A DNA stretch of 64,000 bases from an uncultured Actinomycetes bacterium (GCA_963738205.1 CAVTVQ010000008.1:24784-88783); one strand, 5' to 3'; counted from the stretch's first letter, positions 36,841 to 45,791 are shown. Numbers and translations are program-made. Notes: generated by a model from the sequence alone, not told the origin.

Positions 36841-36889
36841 GCGACAAAGCCTAAGCCGCCGCCCTGCTCGAGCGCCGTAAGATCGGCCC

Positions 36890-37435
36890 CTGCACGGAGT
36901 CATCTTCACCAGCTTCCGCGACTACCTGACCGAGGCGCACGGCAGCGAGTTCGCGCGTGAGGTGTTCGCGGACGAGCCGATCTACCTCCTGAGCGAGGCG
37001 TACCCGGACGAGCGGCTGCTTGCCCTGCTGGACCGGGCCGCGGCGGGCGCCGGGAAGGACGTCGACGGCGTCCTCCACGAGTTCGGGGCTTTCACGGGCT
37101 CGACGACCTTCACGCGCCTGTACCCGGCCTTCTTCGCGGTCGCTCCCTCGGCGCGCGACTTCTTCCTCACGGTCGAGACGCGCATCCACGAGCTGGTGCG
37201 GGCGACCATTCCGAACGCGCGCCCGCCCGAGCTGGCGGTGAGCGAGCTTGGAGACGACGGGGTGGCGATCGACTACAGCTCTCCTAGGCAGCTCTGCGTG
37301 CTCCTCCGTGGGCTCGCGGAGGGCACCGCCTCGCACTACGGCGAGACGGCTCGGATCGACGAGGTCAGCTGCATGAAACGCGGCGACCCGCGCTGCAGGT
37401 TCGAGGTCCGACTCAGCCGGTCCGCCGTCGCCTGA
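36890..37435 (+). CDS. stand-alone H-NOX (heme-NO/O2-binding) domain protein, no canonical start codon
   Basis: LHGVIFTSFRDYL... aligns with the MKG/MHG N-terminus of H-NOX proteins. The proximal-His context is VETRIHELV, followed by ARPPEL and the YxSxR motif (IDYSSPR). The frame opens only 3 codons after a TAA. The first ATG/GTG/TTG is the GTG at 36962, which would remove helix A. The only codon at the aligned N-terminus is the CTG at 36890. Confidence 0.7.
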   Translation: MHGVIFTSFRDYLTEAHGSEFAREVFADEPIYLLSEAYPDERLLALLDRAAAGAGKDVDGVLHEFGAFTGSTTFTRLYPAFFAVAPSARDFFLTVETRIHELVRATIPNARPPELAVSELGDDGVAIDYSSPRQLCVLLRGLAEGTASHYGETARIDEVSCMKRGDPRCRFEVRLSRSAVA

Positions 37436-38825
37436 GCCGCCGCGCGTCTCCGACGCGGAGCGTGACGCCGTCGCCGTCGAGCCGCTCGAGCAGGAGCTGC
37501 GCGGTTCGGCGTGAGCCGCCAAGCAGGTCGCGGAAGCGGGCGAGTGTGATCGTCCCGTTCTGCTCGCACTCCGCCACCACGAGCGCGCGGGCCCGGTCGT
37601 ACGCGGCGCGGTCGAGCGCGAAGCCGTCGCCGACGCGCACGAGGCGGCCCTCCTGCTCCAGCGCCGCGGCCGCGCGTGCGTCGGCGGTGCGGAAGAGCTC
37701 GCCACCCGCAAGATCGAGCGCTTCCTCGAGCGCCTTCAGTGCGTCGGGAGACGCCCGGGGCGGCTGTGGCTCGACGGCGGGGGCCCCTTCGGGCTCGGGC
37801 ACGCCGCTGCGCCTGGGCGAGGGGTCGACGACGACGGCGCCGGCCACCGTCGTCCCCGCCCGGAGGATCACACGGTCGCCGGGCGCCGCCACGACAGGGT
37901 CGGCGAGGCGGAGCTGCACGGGCAGGCCCTCGCGCCGGACGACGCGCGCGGGTGTCTCGGTGGTGCCGTGGTGGACGTGGACGCGGGCCCCGTCGGCGAG
38001 CGGCTCGAGCTCGTCCAGCGTCACGTCGAGGCGGTAGCCGACCGCGTAGGCGCCCGGCTCCACCAGCGCTACGCCGCGGCTCAGCCGGTCGCGGTCGACG
38101 CCGGTGAGCGCGACCGCGACGCGCTGGCCCGCCCCCGCCCGCTCCACCGGACGGTCGTGGATCTCGACGCTGCGGACGCGGACGGTGCGGCCCGACGGCT
38201 CGACGGCGAGCTCGTCCCCGCCGCCGATCGAGCCCGACCACAGCGTGCCGGTGGCCACCGTGCCGATCCCGCGGAGCGTGAAGACGCGGTCGACGAACAG
38301 CCGCGTCGGGCCGTCTCGCCGCCGCCGCTCGACCACGCCCGCAGCGCGCGCCAAGGCCGCGCGAAGCTCGTCGAGCCCGGCGCCGGTCTTCGCGCTCACG
38401 GCCACGACCTCCGCGCCGGGGACGAGCTCACGCGCCTCCCCGACCGCGACCTCGACGGCGTCCGCGGCGACCGCGTCTGCCTTGGTCACGGCCACGACGC
38501 CGTCGCTCACACCGAGCAGGCGCAGGATCGCAAGGTGCTCGTGCGTCTGCGGCCGAGGGCCCTCACCGGCGTCGACGACGAGCAGGAAGAGGTCGATCCC
38601 GGTCGCCCCGGCCACCATCGTGCGGACGAACCGCTCGTGTCCGGGGACGTCGATCAGCGAGACGCTCGTCCCGTCACCCAGGTCGAGCGGTGCGTAGCCG
38701 AGCTCGATCGAGATGCCCCGCCGCTGCTCCTCGGGCAGCCGGTCTGTGTCCTTGCCGGTCAAGGCCCGCACGAGCCACGTCTTCCCGTGGTCGACGTGGC
38801 CGGCCGTGCCTACCGTGAGCGGCAT
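37413..38825 (-). CDS. selB: selenocysteine-specific elongation factor SelB (short, 470 aa)
   Basis: [24 protein letters not shown]..., DVPGHERF and VTKAD are GTPase G1-G4 motifs. EF-Tu-like domains II and III follow. Only about 135 aa remain for the winged-helix SECIS-binding region. The ATG overlaps the methyltransferase 3' end by 16 nt. Confidence 0.9.
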   Translation of the reverse strand: MPLTVGTAGHVDHGKTWLVRALTGKDTDRLPEEQRRGISIELGYAPLDLGDGTSVSLIDVPGHERFVRTMVAGATGIDLFLLVVDAGEGPRPQTHEHLAILRLLGVSDGVVAVTKADAVAADAVEVAVGEARELVPGAEVVAVSAKTGAGLDELRAALARAAGVVERRRRDGPTRLFVDRVFTLRGIGTVATGTLWSGSIGGGDELAVEPSGRTVRVRSVEIHDRPVERAGAGQRVAVALTGVDRDRLSRGVALVEPGAYAVGYRLDVTLDELEPLADGARVHVHHGTTETPARVVRREGLPVQLRLADPVVAAPGDRVILRAGTTVAGAVVVDPSPRRSGVPEPEGAPAVEPQPPRASPDALKALEEALDLAGGELFRTADARAAAALEQEGRLVRVGDGFALDRAAYDRARALVVAECEQNGTITLARFRDLLGGSRRTAQLLLERLDGDGVTLRVGDARRLRRRRTG

Positions 38826-39772
38826 CGAGCCTCGATCAGGCCGTCCTGGATCCGCACTGGCTCGAACCCCGCGCCTGCGAGCAGCGACCGCCACTGGGTC
38901 TCGTCGCGCTCTCGTCCCGCGAACAGCGTCAGCATCAGCAGGTCGAGCCACTTGGCGCCGTGCGGCTCGTTCCCGGGCGGGATGACCGCGTCGACGATCA
39001 GCATGCGCGCGTCCGGAGGCGCGTGCTCGCCGATCGTCCGCAGGATGGCGCCCGCGCGCTCGTCGTCCCAGTCGTGGAGGATCGTGCCCAGCACGTAGAC
39101 GTCGCCCTGCGGGACGCGGTCGAAGAAGTCGCCGGCCACGAACTCGATTCCCGCCGCGCCGAGCATCGCCTCGTCGCGATTCGTCTCGGGTAGGTCGAAC
39201 ACGACGCCGCTGAGCCCCGGCCGCCGACGGATCAGCTCGACGAGCAGCGAGCCGTTCCCGCCGCCCACGTCGACGACGGTCTCGTCGCCGCGCCACTCGA
39301 GCGCGGCCAGCCGCTCGACTCGGCCCTCCCAGCCCTGCACCATCGCGCGGTCGAAGGAGGCGCGCTCCTCTGGGTGCTCGCTCAGCCAGTGCCAGAACTG
39401 GTCGCCGAACGTGCGTGCGAACGTCGGCTCACCCGACGCGTCCAGCTCGGTGACAGCCCGAAGCCAGATTCCGCCGAAGAGATGGGCGAAGTCGCCCCAG
39501 CCGCTGTCGGGCAGAAGCCCTTCCGACGCGGGCGTGTTGCGGAACACGCCGGGCGCCTCCTCGGCGAAGACGCCCTCGCTGGCGAGCGCACGCAGGATGC
39601 GGTGCAGGGTGTCGGGGTCGGCGCCGACCTCGGTCGCGACCTCCTCGACCGGGCGCGGGCCGCCGGCGAGAGCCTGCGCGACTCCGAGATCGGCGGCCAC
39701 GGCGAGCGCCCGCGCGGCGAGGCCGCCCCGCATCACGTCCCACAGTCCCACCCCCGACGCGCGGATCGTCAT
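38810..39772 (-). CDS. SAM-dependent O-methyltransferase (Methyltransf_2 type with N-terminal winged-helix dimerisation domain)
   Basis: 320 aa. The N-terminus reads LAARALAVAADLGVAQALAGGPRPVEEVATEVGADPDTLHRILRALAS. SAM motif I is VVDVGGGNGSLLVEL, followed by FDLPE and HDWDD. The ATG overlaps the selA stop (ATGA). Confidence 0.85.
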   Translation of the reverse strand: MTIRASGVGLWDVMRGGLAARALAVAADLGVAQALAGGPRPVEEVATEVGADPDTLHRILRALASEGVFAEEAPGVFRNTPASEGLLPDSGWGDFAHLFGGIWLRAVTELDASGEPTFARTFGDQFWHWLSEHPEERASFDRAMVQGWEGRVERLAALEWRGDETVVDVGGGNGSLLVELIRRRPGLSGVVFDLPETNRDEAMLGAAGIEFVAGDFFDRVPQGDVYVLGTILHDWDDERAGAILRTIGEHAPPDARMLIVDAVIPPGNEPHGAKWLDLLMLTLFAGRERDETQWRSLLAGAGFEPVRIQDGLIEARCRSR

Positions 39773-41082
39773 CCGCGCGCGCGGGCGACGGCCTCGGCGA
39801 CCTCGTCCGCTTCGGCGTCGGTCAGCGTGCGGCAGTCGAGCAAGGTACGGCCGTCGCGGACGATCGCGACGACGGGCGGGTCGCCTGCCCGCAGCGGAGC
39901 GGCCAGGGACTCTTCGACCGCGCAGGCGAAACTCGGCAACTCGGCCAGCGGGAGTGCGCCGCCGCCGACGCGTGCGACCGTCTCTTCGACCGCGCCGCCG
40001 ACCGCCCCGGCGAGCCGGGCCGCGCGGGCGCGCACGGCGTCCGCCGGCTCGTCGAGCATGCGCAGGACCGGGATCTCGGCGTGGGCCCGCTCCGGCTGGA
40101 GGTAGAGCGCGAGCGTTCCCTCGAGTGCCGCCAGCGTCAGCTTGTCCGCGCGCAGCGCGCGCTGCAGCGGGTGTCGGCGCAGGCGCTCGACCAGGTCGGC
40201 GCGGCCGACGACGATGCCGGCTTGCGGCCCGCCGAGCAGCTTGTCGCCCGAGAAGCAGACGAGGTCGGCTCCGGCCTCGAGGCTGTCGCGGGCCGAGGGC
40301 TCGTCGGCAAGTAACACAGTGTTACTTGTCAGGAGAACGCCGGAGCCAAGGTCGTCCACGAGCGGTAGCCCGGCTCTCCGGGCCACGGCCGCAAGGGCCT
40401 CCGTGGTCGCCCGCTCGGTGAAGCCGACGACGCGGAAGTTCGACTGGTGCACGCGCAGGAGGACCGCCGTCTCCGGCCCGATCGCCGCCTCGTAGTCCGC
40501 GGCCCGGGTGCGGTTCGTGGTCCCGACCTCGACCAGGCGGGCGCCCGAACGAGCGAGGACGTCGGGGATGCGGAACCCGTCACCGATCTCGATCAGCTCG
40601 CCGCGCGAGACGAGCACCTCGCGCCCCTCTGCGAGGGCGGCGAGCGCGAGCATGACCGCAGCCGCGTTGTTGTTGACGACCAGCGCGGCTTCGGCGCCCG
40701 TCAGCCGGCGGAGGAGGCCGGCGAGGTGGTGCTGCCGCGAGCCGCGGCCGCCTTCGCCGAGGTCGTACTCGAGGTTCGAGTACGAGCCGCCGACTTCGGC
40801 CGCGCGCGCCAGCGCGCTCTCGGCCAGCGGCGCGCGCCCGAGGTTCGTGTGGACGATCACGCCGGTCGCGTTCAGGACCTTCCGCAGCTTCGGTCGAACG
40901 GCCGCATCCAGCTCGGCCAAGGCCCGCGCGCCGAGGTCGCCGGGGTCGTGGCCGGCCTGGATCTCCTCACGCGCCCGAGCGAGCGCGGACCGGGCGGCGT
41001 CGACCGCCAGGGCGTGCGGTGCGCCCCGCAGGCGCTCATGGCCCGCGAGCTCGTCCACCGACGGCAAATCCCTGAGCTGCAC
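39769..41082 (-). CDS. selA: L-seryl-tRNA(Sec) selenium transferase
   Basis: 437 aa with a GTG start. VLNATGVIVHTNLGRAPL, VVNNNAAAVMLAL, SRGELIEIGDGFRIPDV and FSGDKLLGGPQAGI (PLP lysine) closely parallel E. coli SelA. Confidence 0.95.
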   Translation of the reverse strand: MQLRDLPSVDELAGHERLRGAPHALAVDAARSALARAREEIQAGHDPGDLGARALAELDAAVRPKLRKVLNATGVIVHTNLGRAPLAESALARAAEVGGSYSNLEYDLGEGGRGSRQHHLAGLLRRLTGAEAALVVNNNAAAVMLALAALAEGREVLVSRGELIEIGDGFRIPDVLARSGARLVEVGTTNRTRAADYEAAIGPETAVLLRVHQSNFRVVGFTERATTEALAAVARRAGLPLVDDLGSGVLLTSNTVLLADEPSARDSLEAGADLVCFSGDKLLGGPQAGIVVGRADLVERLRRHPLQRALRADKLTLAALEGTLALYLQPERAHAEIPVLRMLDEPADAVRARAARLAGAVGGAVEETVARVGGGALPLAELPSFACAVEESLAAPLRAGDPPVVAIVRDGRTLLDCRTLTDAEADEVAEAVARARG

Positions 41083-41092
41083 CGCAGAGTGA

Positions 41093-41427
41093 GTGTACGG
41101 CTCACCTCGATCCGGTTCGAAAGTGAGATTCGGGGTAGGTGCGCAGGCGATGCGTCAGCTCCGCTACGGCCGCGCCCCGATCGAGATCCGGGCCGAGCAG
41201 GACGACCGCCACTTCCGCCTGACCGTCGAGGACGAGGGTGAAGGCGTCCCCGAGGAGCTCGTCCCGCTGCTGTTCCGACGCTTCGCGCGCGGGAACGGAG
41301 CCGAGGGCTCCGGCCTCGGCCTTGCGATCGCGCAGTCGTATGCCCAGGCCAACGGGGTCAGATCCTCTACACCAACGACCGCGGTGCGCGCTTCCAGCTC
41401 GTGCTGCCGGCGCGCCGGTTGAAGTAG
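41093..41427 (+). pseudogene. remnant of a sensor histidine kinase (HATPase_c C-terminal ~90 aa only), also frameshifted
   Basis: PIEIRAEQDDRHFRLTVEDEGEGVPEELVPLLFRRFARG..GSGLGLAIAQSYAQANG carries the G1 (DxGxG) and G2 (GxGxGL) boxes. The natural ending GQILYTNDRGARFQLVLPARRLK* is in another frame from about 41355. No HisKA or sensor region can fit, because selA starts at 41082. Confidence 0.6.
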
Positions 41428-41430
41428 CGC

Positions 41431-42327
41431 TCAGGAGGCGGTGTCGAGCGCCGGGCGGCGCTGCGTCTCGCGCGCCCGCCCGGGTCGCGTCGCAAGGATC
41501 GAGCCCGCGAGTACGAGCACGAAGCCGATGCCCATGCCGAGCGTGAAGTGCTCGTCCAGGATGGCCACGCCGAGCACCGCTGCCACCGCCGGGTTCACGT
41601 ACGTGATCACCGTCGCGCGCACGGGACCGGCCTCCGCGATCAGCGCGAAGAAGAGCAGGAACGCGACGGCCGTGCAGACCACGGCCAGCGTGACCACGGC
41701 ACCGACGGCCGTTGCCGAAGCCGTTGCGTCGTAGCCGCTGAGGGCCGCGATCGGGACGTACACGACGGCCGTGACCGCGAGCGACGCGGCGATCACGCCG
41801 AGCGCCGGCAGGCCTGCGAGCCAGCGTTGGAGGATGACCGGCCCGACCGCATAGCAGACCGCGACGAGCCCGATCTCGGCGAGCGGCACGAAGCTCGCGC
41901 CCTCGAGGTTGACGCCGACGATCGCGGCCACCCCGACGAGGCCCAGCAGCAGGCCGGTCCCGCTCTGGAGGCTCAACCGCTCGCCGCTCGAGCTCGACAG
42001 GGCGATCACCGTCCCGACGAGCGGCACCGCCGCGATCAGCAGGGCGGTGAGCGAGCTCGTGATCTCGGTCTCCGCGGCGCCGAGCAACACCCACGGGATT
42101 GCGATCTCGATCGCCGCGAAGGCGAGCACCGGCACCCAGAAGGGCAGCAGCGGTCGCAGCTCGTGCCTGAAAGCCGCGATCGGCATCAGGAGCGCGGCGG
42201 CGATCCCGGTGCGAGCGAGCACGAGCACCGCGGGGCTCATGTCCTCGACGGCCACCTTGATCAGCAGGTAGGGGATTCCCCAGATCACGCACATCGAGGC
42301 GAACAACAGCCAACCGCGCCGCGTCAT
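41431..42327 (-). CDS. DMT-superfamily (EamA-like) transporter
   Basis: 298 aa from MTRRGWLLFASMCVIWGIPYLLIKV. It has ten hydrophobic spans in two EamA-like halves. An alternative ATG is at 42342. Confidence 0.85.
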   Translation of the reverse strand: MTRRGWLLFASMCVIWGIPYLLIKVAVEDMSPAVLVLARTGIAAALLMPIAAFRHELRPLLPFWVPVLAFAAIEIAIPWVLLGAAETEITSSLTALLIAAVPLVGTVIALSSSSGERLSLQSGTGLLLGLVGVAAIVGVNLEGASFVPLAEIGLVAVCYAVGPVILQRWLAGLPALGVIAASLAVTAVVYVPIAALSGYDATASATAVGAVVTLAVVCTAVAFLLFFALIAEAGPVRATVITYVNPAVAAVLGVAILDEHFTLGMGIGFVLVLAGSILATRPGRARETQRRPALDTAS

Positions 42328-42419
42328 CGAGCCCGCCTGCATGGCCCCCACGCTAGGCGCAGAAGCCCCGTCCCCGCCAGCAGGATTCGTGCTCGCGGCG
42401 ATCAGTGGCTCGGATGGAC

Positions 42420-43127
42420 TTACTGCGCGTCGGCCTTGATCGGACTCGTCGGGACCTCGCCGTAGCGGTCGCGATGGCAGTTCAGCACGATCCGCACCGC
42501 TTCGTCGGTGTCGTCGGTGAGGAAGAGCAGTCGCTCGTCCTCCGGTGCGATCAGGCCGGCGCCGAGCACCTCGTCGGAGATCCAGTCGTTCACGAGGCCG
42601 CGCCAGAACCCCTCGTCGACGAGGACGACCGGGAAGTTCAGCACCTTGCTCGTCTGGATCAGCGTCAGCGCTTCGAACAGCTCGTCGAGCGTTCCGAAGC
42701 CGCCGGGGAAGATCACAAAGCCCTCGGCGGCCTTCACGAACATCGTCTTCCGCGCGTAGAAGTGCTGGAAGGTGACGACGATGTCGCAGTATTGGTTGTG
42801 GTGCTGCTCGTGGGGAAGGTCGATGTTGAAGCCGACCGAGAGCCCGCCGCCCTCCTTCGCGCCGCGGTTGGCGGCCTCCATCACGCCCGGACCGCCGCCG
42901 GTGACGACGGCGAAGCCGGACTCTGCGAACTTGCGCGCGACGCCGCGTGCCGCCTCGTACCAGGGGCTCCCGGGCCTTATACGCGCCGAGCCGAAGATCG
43001 ACACCGCGGGCCGGTCGATCCTGTCGACCGCCTCGAAGCCGCGCCTGAACTCCTCGGCGATCGCCGCCACGTGCCGGTCGAGATCCGCGTCCTCGCGCCG
43101 CTCGTCGAGGATCCGCCGGTCTTCCAA
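42420..43127 (-). CDS. LOG-family (TIGR00730) nucleotide phosphoribohydrolase
   Basis: 235 aa with a TTG start. Signature motifs: VVTGGGPGVMEAANRGA and PGGFGTLDELFEALTLIQT. Confidence 0.9.
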   Translation of the reverse strand: MEDRRILDERREDADLDRHVAAIAEEFRRGFEAVDRIDRPAVSIFGSARIRPGSPWYEAARGVARKFAESGFAVVTGGGPGVMEAANRGAKEGGGLSVGFNIDLPHEQHHNQYCDIVVTFQHFYARKTMFVKAAEGFVIFPGGFGTLDELFEALTLIQTSKVLNFPVVLVDEGFWRGLVNDWISDEVLGAGLIAPEDERLLFLTDDTDEAVRIVLNCHRDRYGEVPTSPIKADAQ

Positions 43128-43130
43128 GCG

Positions 43131-43964
43131 CTAGAGGTTGCGCTCGATGTGCGACGCGGTCATCGCCACGCCGAGCGCGGCCGCGAGCCCGACGTAAACG
43201 ACGGCGACGGCGACGCGCTGCCAGGGGGCGATCGAGTAGTACCCGCGGTACTCCGGGTTGTCGCGGCCGCGCCAGCGGTTCCAGAGCTCGAAGGCGCTGA
43301 TGGCGAGGATCAGGATCAGGATGGGGTTGGGCGCAATCACCGTCAGCGCGCCGAGCCCTATGAGGCCCACGAGCCAGATCGCGGGGTGGATCGCGGCGAC
43401 GGCGCGGCCGCCGTCGAGCGGCACGATCGGCAGCAGGTTGAACAGGTTCAGGAAGAAGCCGGTGAACGCGAGTGCGATCAGCAGGTTGTTGTCCGTCGCC
43501 TCGCCGTACCACCAGACCGCGGCGGCCCCGAGGCTGCCGACGATCGGGCCGGCGAGCGCGATCTGCGCCTCGCGCCAGGCGTTCTGCGGGTTCTGCTTGA
43601 GCAGAATGGCCGCGCCGAGGAACGGGATGAACACCGGCGCGCTGACCGGCAGGCCCTGGCGCTTCGCCTCGAGCGCGTGGCCCAGCTCGTGCACGAGCAA
43701 GAGGACGACGAAGCCGAACGCGAACTTCCAGCCCCAGAGCAGCGAGTAGGCCAAAACCGACACCAGCATCGTCCCCGCCGTGGTGAAGACCTTGAGCTTG
43801 AAGATCGCGAAGAGGACGAACTTGAACTTCGCCAGGAACGCGCCGACGACGATCAGCGGCGCGGCAAGCTTGCGCAGGAGGCGGAACCTCGGCTCGGGCC
43901 GGACCGGCCCGAGTTCGTACGGCGGAAACTCGCGCGCCTCGTGCTCTGGCGTGATCTGGCTCAC
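43131..43964 (-). CDS. site-2 protease family (peptidase M50) membrane metalloprotease
   Basis: 277 aa with HELGHA (HExxH) and the LLPIVPLDGG motif. It is multi-pass and hydrophobic. Confidence 0.9.
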   Translation of the reverse strand: MSQITPEHEAREFPPYELGPVRPEPRFRLLRKLAAPLIVVGAFLAKFKFVLFAIFKLKVFTTAGTMLVSVLAYSLLWGWKFAFGFVVLLLVHELGHALEAKRQGLPVSAPVFIPFLGAAILLKQNPQNAWREAQIALAGPIVGSLGAAAVWWYGEATDNNLLIALAFTGFFLNLFNLLPIVPLDGGRAVAAIHPAIWLVGLIGLGALTVIAPNPILILILAISAFELWNRWRGRDNPEYRGYYSIAPWQRVAVAVVYVGLAAALGVAMTASHIERNL

Positions 43965-44076
43965 GGGCTCATCGTAGCTTTGTGCCGGCTCTGTGCCGGT
44001 TCCGTGTCAAGCCGCTGCGGCGGGGCCTCGTGGGCGGTACTCGATAGGCCATCCCTGTCCCGCCTACCCCAGGAGG

Positions 44077-44799
44077 ATGGCCTTGAACCGAACGATTCCC
44101 CTCGCGCTCGCAGCGCTCCTCGTCGTGCTGCTCGCGGCCGGCCCCGCCGGCCGCGCCGCAGGACGGACCGTCGCCAGCTTCGCCAAGAACGCCGGGGCCG
44201 TGAACGGCATCCGGGCCTCGCGCAAGGCCACTGCGGGTCGCCTTGTGCCGCTCGGCCGGAACGGCAAGTTCCCCGCGTCCGTCGTGCCCGTCGCGCGCGG
44301 CGCCCGAGGGCAGGACGGTGCCCAGGGGCCACGAGGTGCCGACGGAGCCCGCGGACCTGCAGGCCCCGGCGGTGCGCCCGGTCCGACGGGTCCCGCCGGT
44401 TCCCCCGGACCGCCGGCGCTGCGGATCAACTTCGACGTGCCGGCGAACACGGCGACGACGCAGCTCCTCCAGCTGGGTGGGTTCGTGCTGCGCGGCGCCT
44501 GCAGCGCCGCCGGCGACCTCTCGGTCGAGGCGAGCTCGACGGCGAACAACGCCAAGGCCTCGGCTTTCCTCGTCGCCGACAACCCCGCCAACGTGGCGGC
44601 CTACAGCGAGGACGACGACCTCGACGTGACCGACTCGTTCGACTTCCTCGGCTCGAGCGACGACGACGTCGCCGGAACGCTCGTCTACCGAGCGCCCGCC
44701 GGCGCGGCGTACGTGTCCGTATCGTTCGTGGCCGAGCAGGTCTCGGTGAGCGGCGCCAACCGCTGCATCTTCGGCGGGACGGCGGTCGTGGCGCCGTAG
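44077..44799 (+). CDS. secreted collagen-like (GXY-repeat) protein, paralog 1
   Basis: It starts with the signal peptide MALNRTIPLALAALLVVLLAAGPAGRAAG and the FAKNAGAVNG segment. Thirteen GXY triplets follow (GARGQDGAQGPRGADGARGPAGPGGAPGPTGPAGSPGPP), then a 125-aa C-terminal globular region. Confidence 0.75.
   Translation: MALNRTIPLALAALLVVLLAAGPAGRAAGRTVASFAKNAGAVNGIRASRKATAGRLVPLGRNGKFPASVVPVARGARGQDGAQGPRGADGARGPAGPGGAPGPTGPAGSPGPPALRINFDVPANTATTQLLQLGGFVLRGACSAAGDLSVEASSTANNAKASAFLVADNPANVAAYSEDDDLDVTDSFDFLGSSDDDVAGTLVYRAPAGAAYVSVSFVAEQVSVSGANRCIFGGTAVVAP
44299..44415 (+). repeat. GXY collagen-like triplet repeat (coding)
   Basis: There are 13 consecutive Gly-X-Y codon triplets inside CDS 44077..44799. 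Confidence 0.7.
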
Positions 44800-44807
44800 C
44801 GCTCGAA

Positions 44808-45791
44808 CTAGGGCGCGTAGCCCGGCAGCTCGACGCGCTTGCCGTCGGCTTCGACCTCGGGCTCGGCGAAGACGCAATCGATGTGGATCGTTGCTTCGTT
44901 GTCGCCGCCGTAGGGGCCGGTGTTGCGGCCGATCGCCACGTGCGCGGTCCGCGCGGCTTTCTCGTCGAGCATCACGTGACCGCGCGGTTTCACCGTCGGG
45001 TTGAAGCCGATCCCGAGCTCGGCGATCACGTCGCCGCCCTCGCCGGCCTCCTCCACGATCGAGCGGAGCATGTCGGCGGCGCGACCGCCTTCGATGTTCG
45101 TGACGCGGCCGCGCTCGAAGCGCAGCGTGACCGGCTCGTCCACGAGGCCCTCGACGGTGTACGGCACGGTCAGGTCGGCCACGAGGACGCCGTCGGCGCC
45201 GTCCTTGTGCGGCGCGACGAACACCTCGCCGCCCGGGTAGTTCGCCATCTGGCCCGGCTGCAGCGGCAGCGCGTCCGAGCGCCACGGCCGCCCGTCCACG
45301 CGGAGGGTCAGGTCGGTGCCGGCCCGGCCGGTGACGTGGATCGTCTTCCTCCCTTCGAGCTGCTCCAGTAGATCGCGTGCGGGCCGTTCGAGGTCGCTCG
45401 CCGGCTGCGAGAGCTCGCCGCCGAGCAGCTCGCCGTCGACGAAGCCGAGGAAGATCTGGCGTCCGTCGTGGGCGGTGATCGCCTGCAGGAGTGAGAAGCG
45501 TGCGGCGCCTTCCTCGGGTAACGGCTTCTCGGCGAGGAAGAACGAGACGTCGGCCGTTTCCGCGGCGTCGAGCACCGGCTGCGGTGCCGTCTCGAGCGGG
45601 CGCGCGCCCGTCCAGAGCTCGAGCCGGGCTTGGGCGCCGGCGTCCTGAACAGCCGCGAGCAGCTGGGCTCCCTCGGCGGCCAGCGGCTCGTCGACGACGA
45701 CGAGCACGCGCTCCGCGGGTTGCAGCCGTCCGGCCTGGATCAGGTTCTGCGTCCAGCCGGGGTGCGCCATCCGGGTCTCGCGGGTTTCCAT
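44808..45791 (-). CDS. aminopeptidase, peptidase M29 (AmpS/PepS-like)
   Basis: METRETRMAHPGWTQNLIQ...ANYPGGEVFVAP...ELGIGFNP...HVAIGRN...ATIHIDCV resembles thermophilic M29 aminopeptidases. The start is ATG 45791 or ATG 45770. Confidence 0.8.
   Translation of the reverse strand: METRETRMAHPGWTQNLIQAGRLQPAERVLVVVDEPLAAEGAQLLAAVQDAGAQARLELWTGARPLETAPQPVLDAAETADVSFFLAEKPLPEEGAARFSLLQAITAHDGRQIFLGFVDGELLGGELSQPASDLERPARDLLEQLEGRKTIHVTGRAGTDLTLRVDGRPWRSDALPLQPGQMANYPGGEVFVAPHKDGADGVLVADLTVPYTVEGLVDEPVTLRFERGRVTNIEGGRAADMLRSIVEEAGEGGDVIAELGIGFNPTVKPRGHVMLDEKAARTAHVAIGRNTGPYGGDNEATIHIDCVFAEPEVEADGKRVELPGYAP

Noticed and set aside
36690-36900. Possibility that tRNA-Sec or tRNA-Leu (54578-54663) marks an integrated genomic island
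   Set aside because: I saw no integrase or recombinase gene, no duplicated tRNA 3' segment and no phage or IS genes within the window next to either tRNA.
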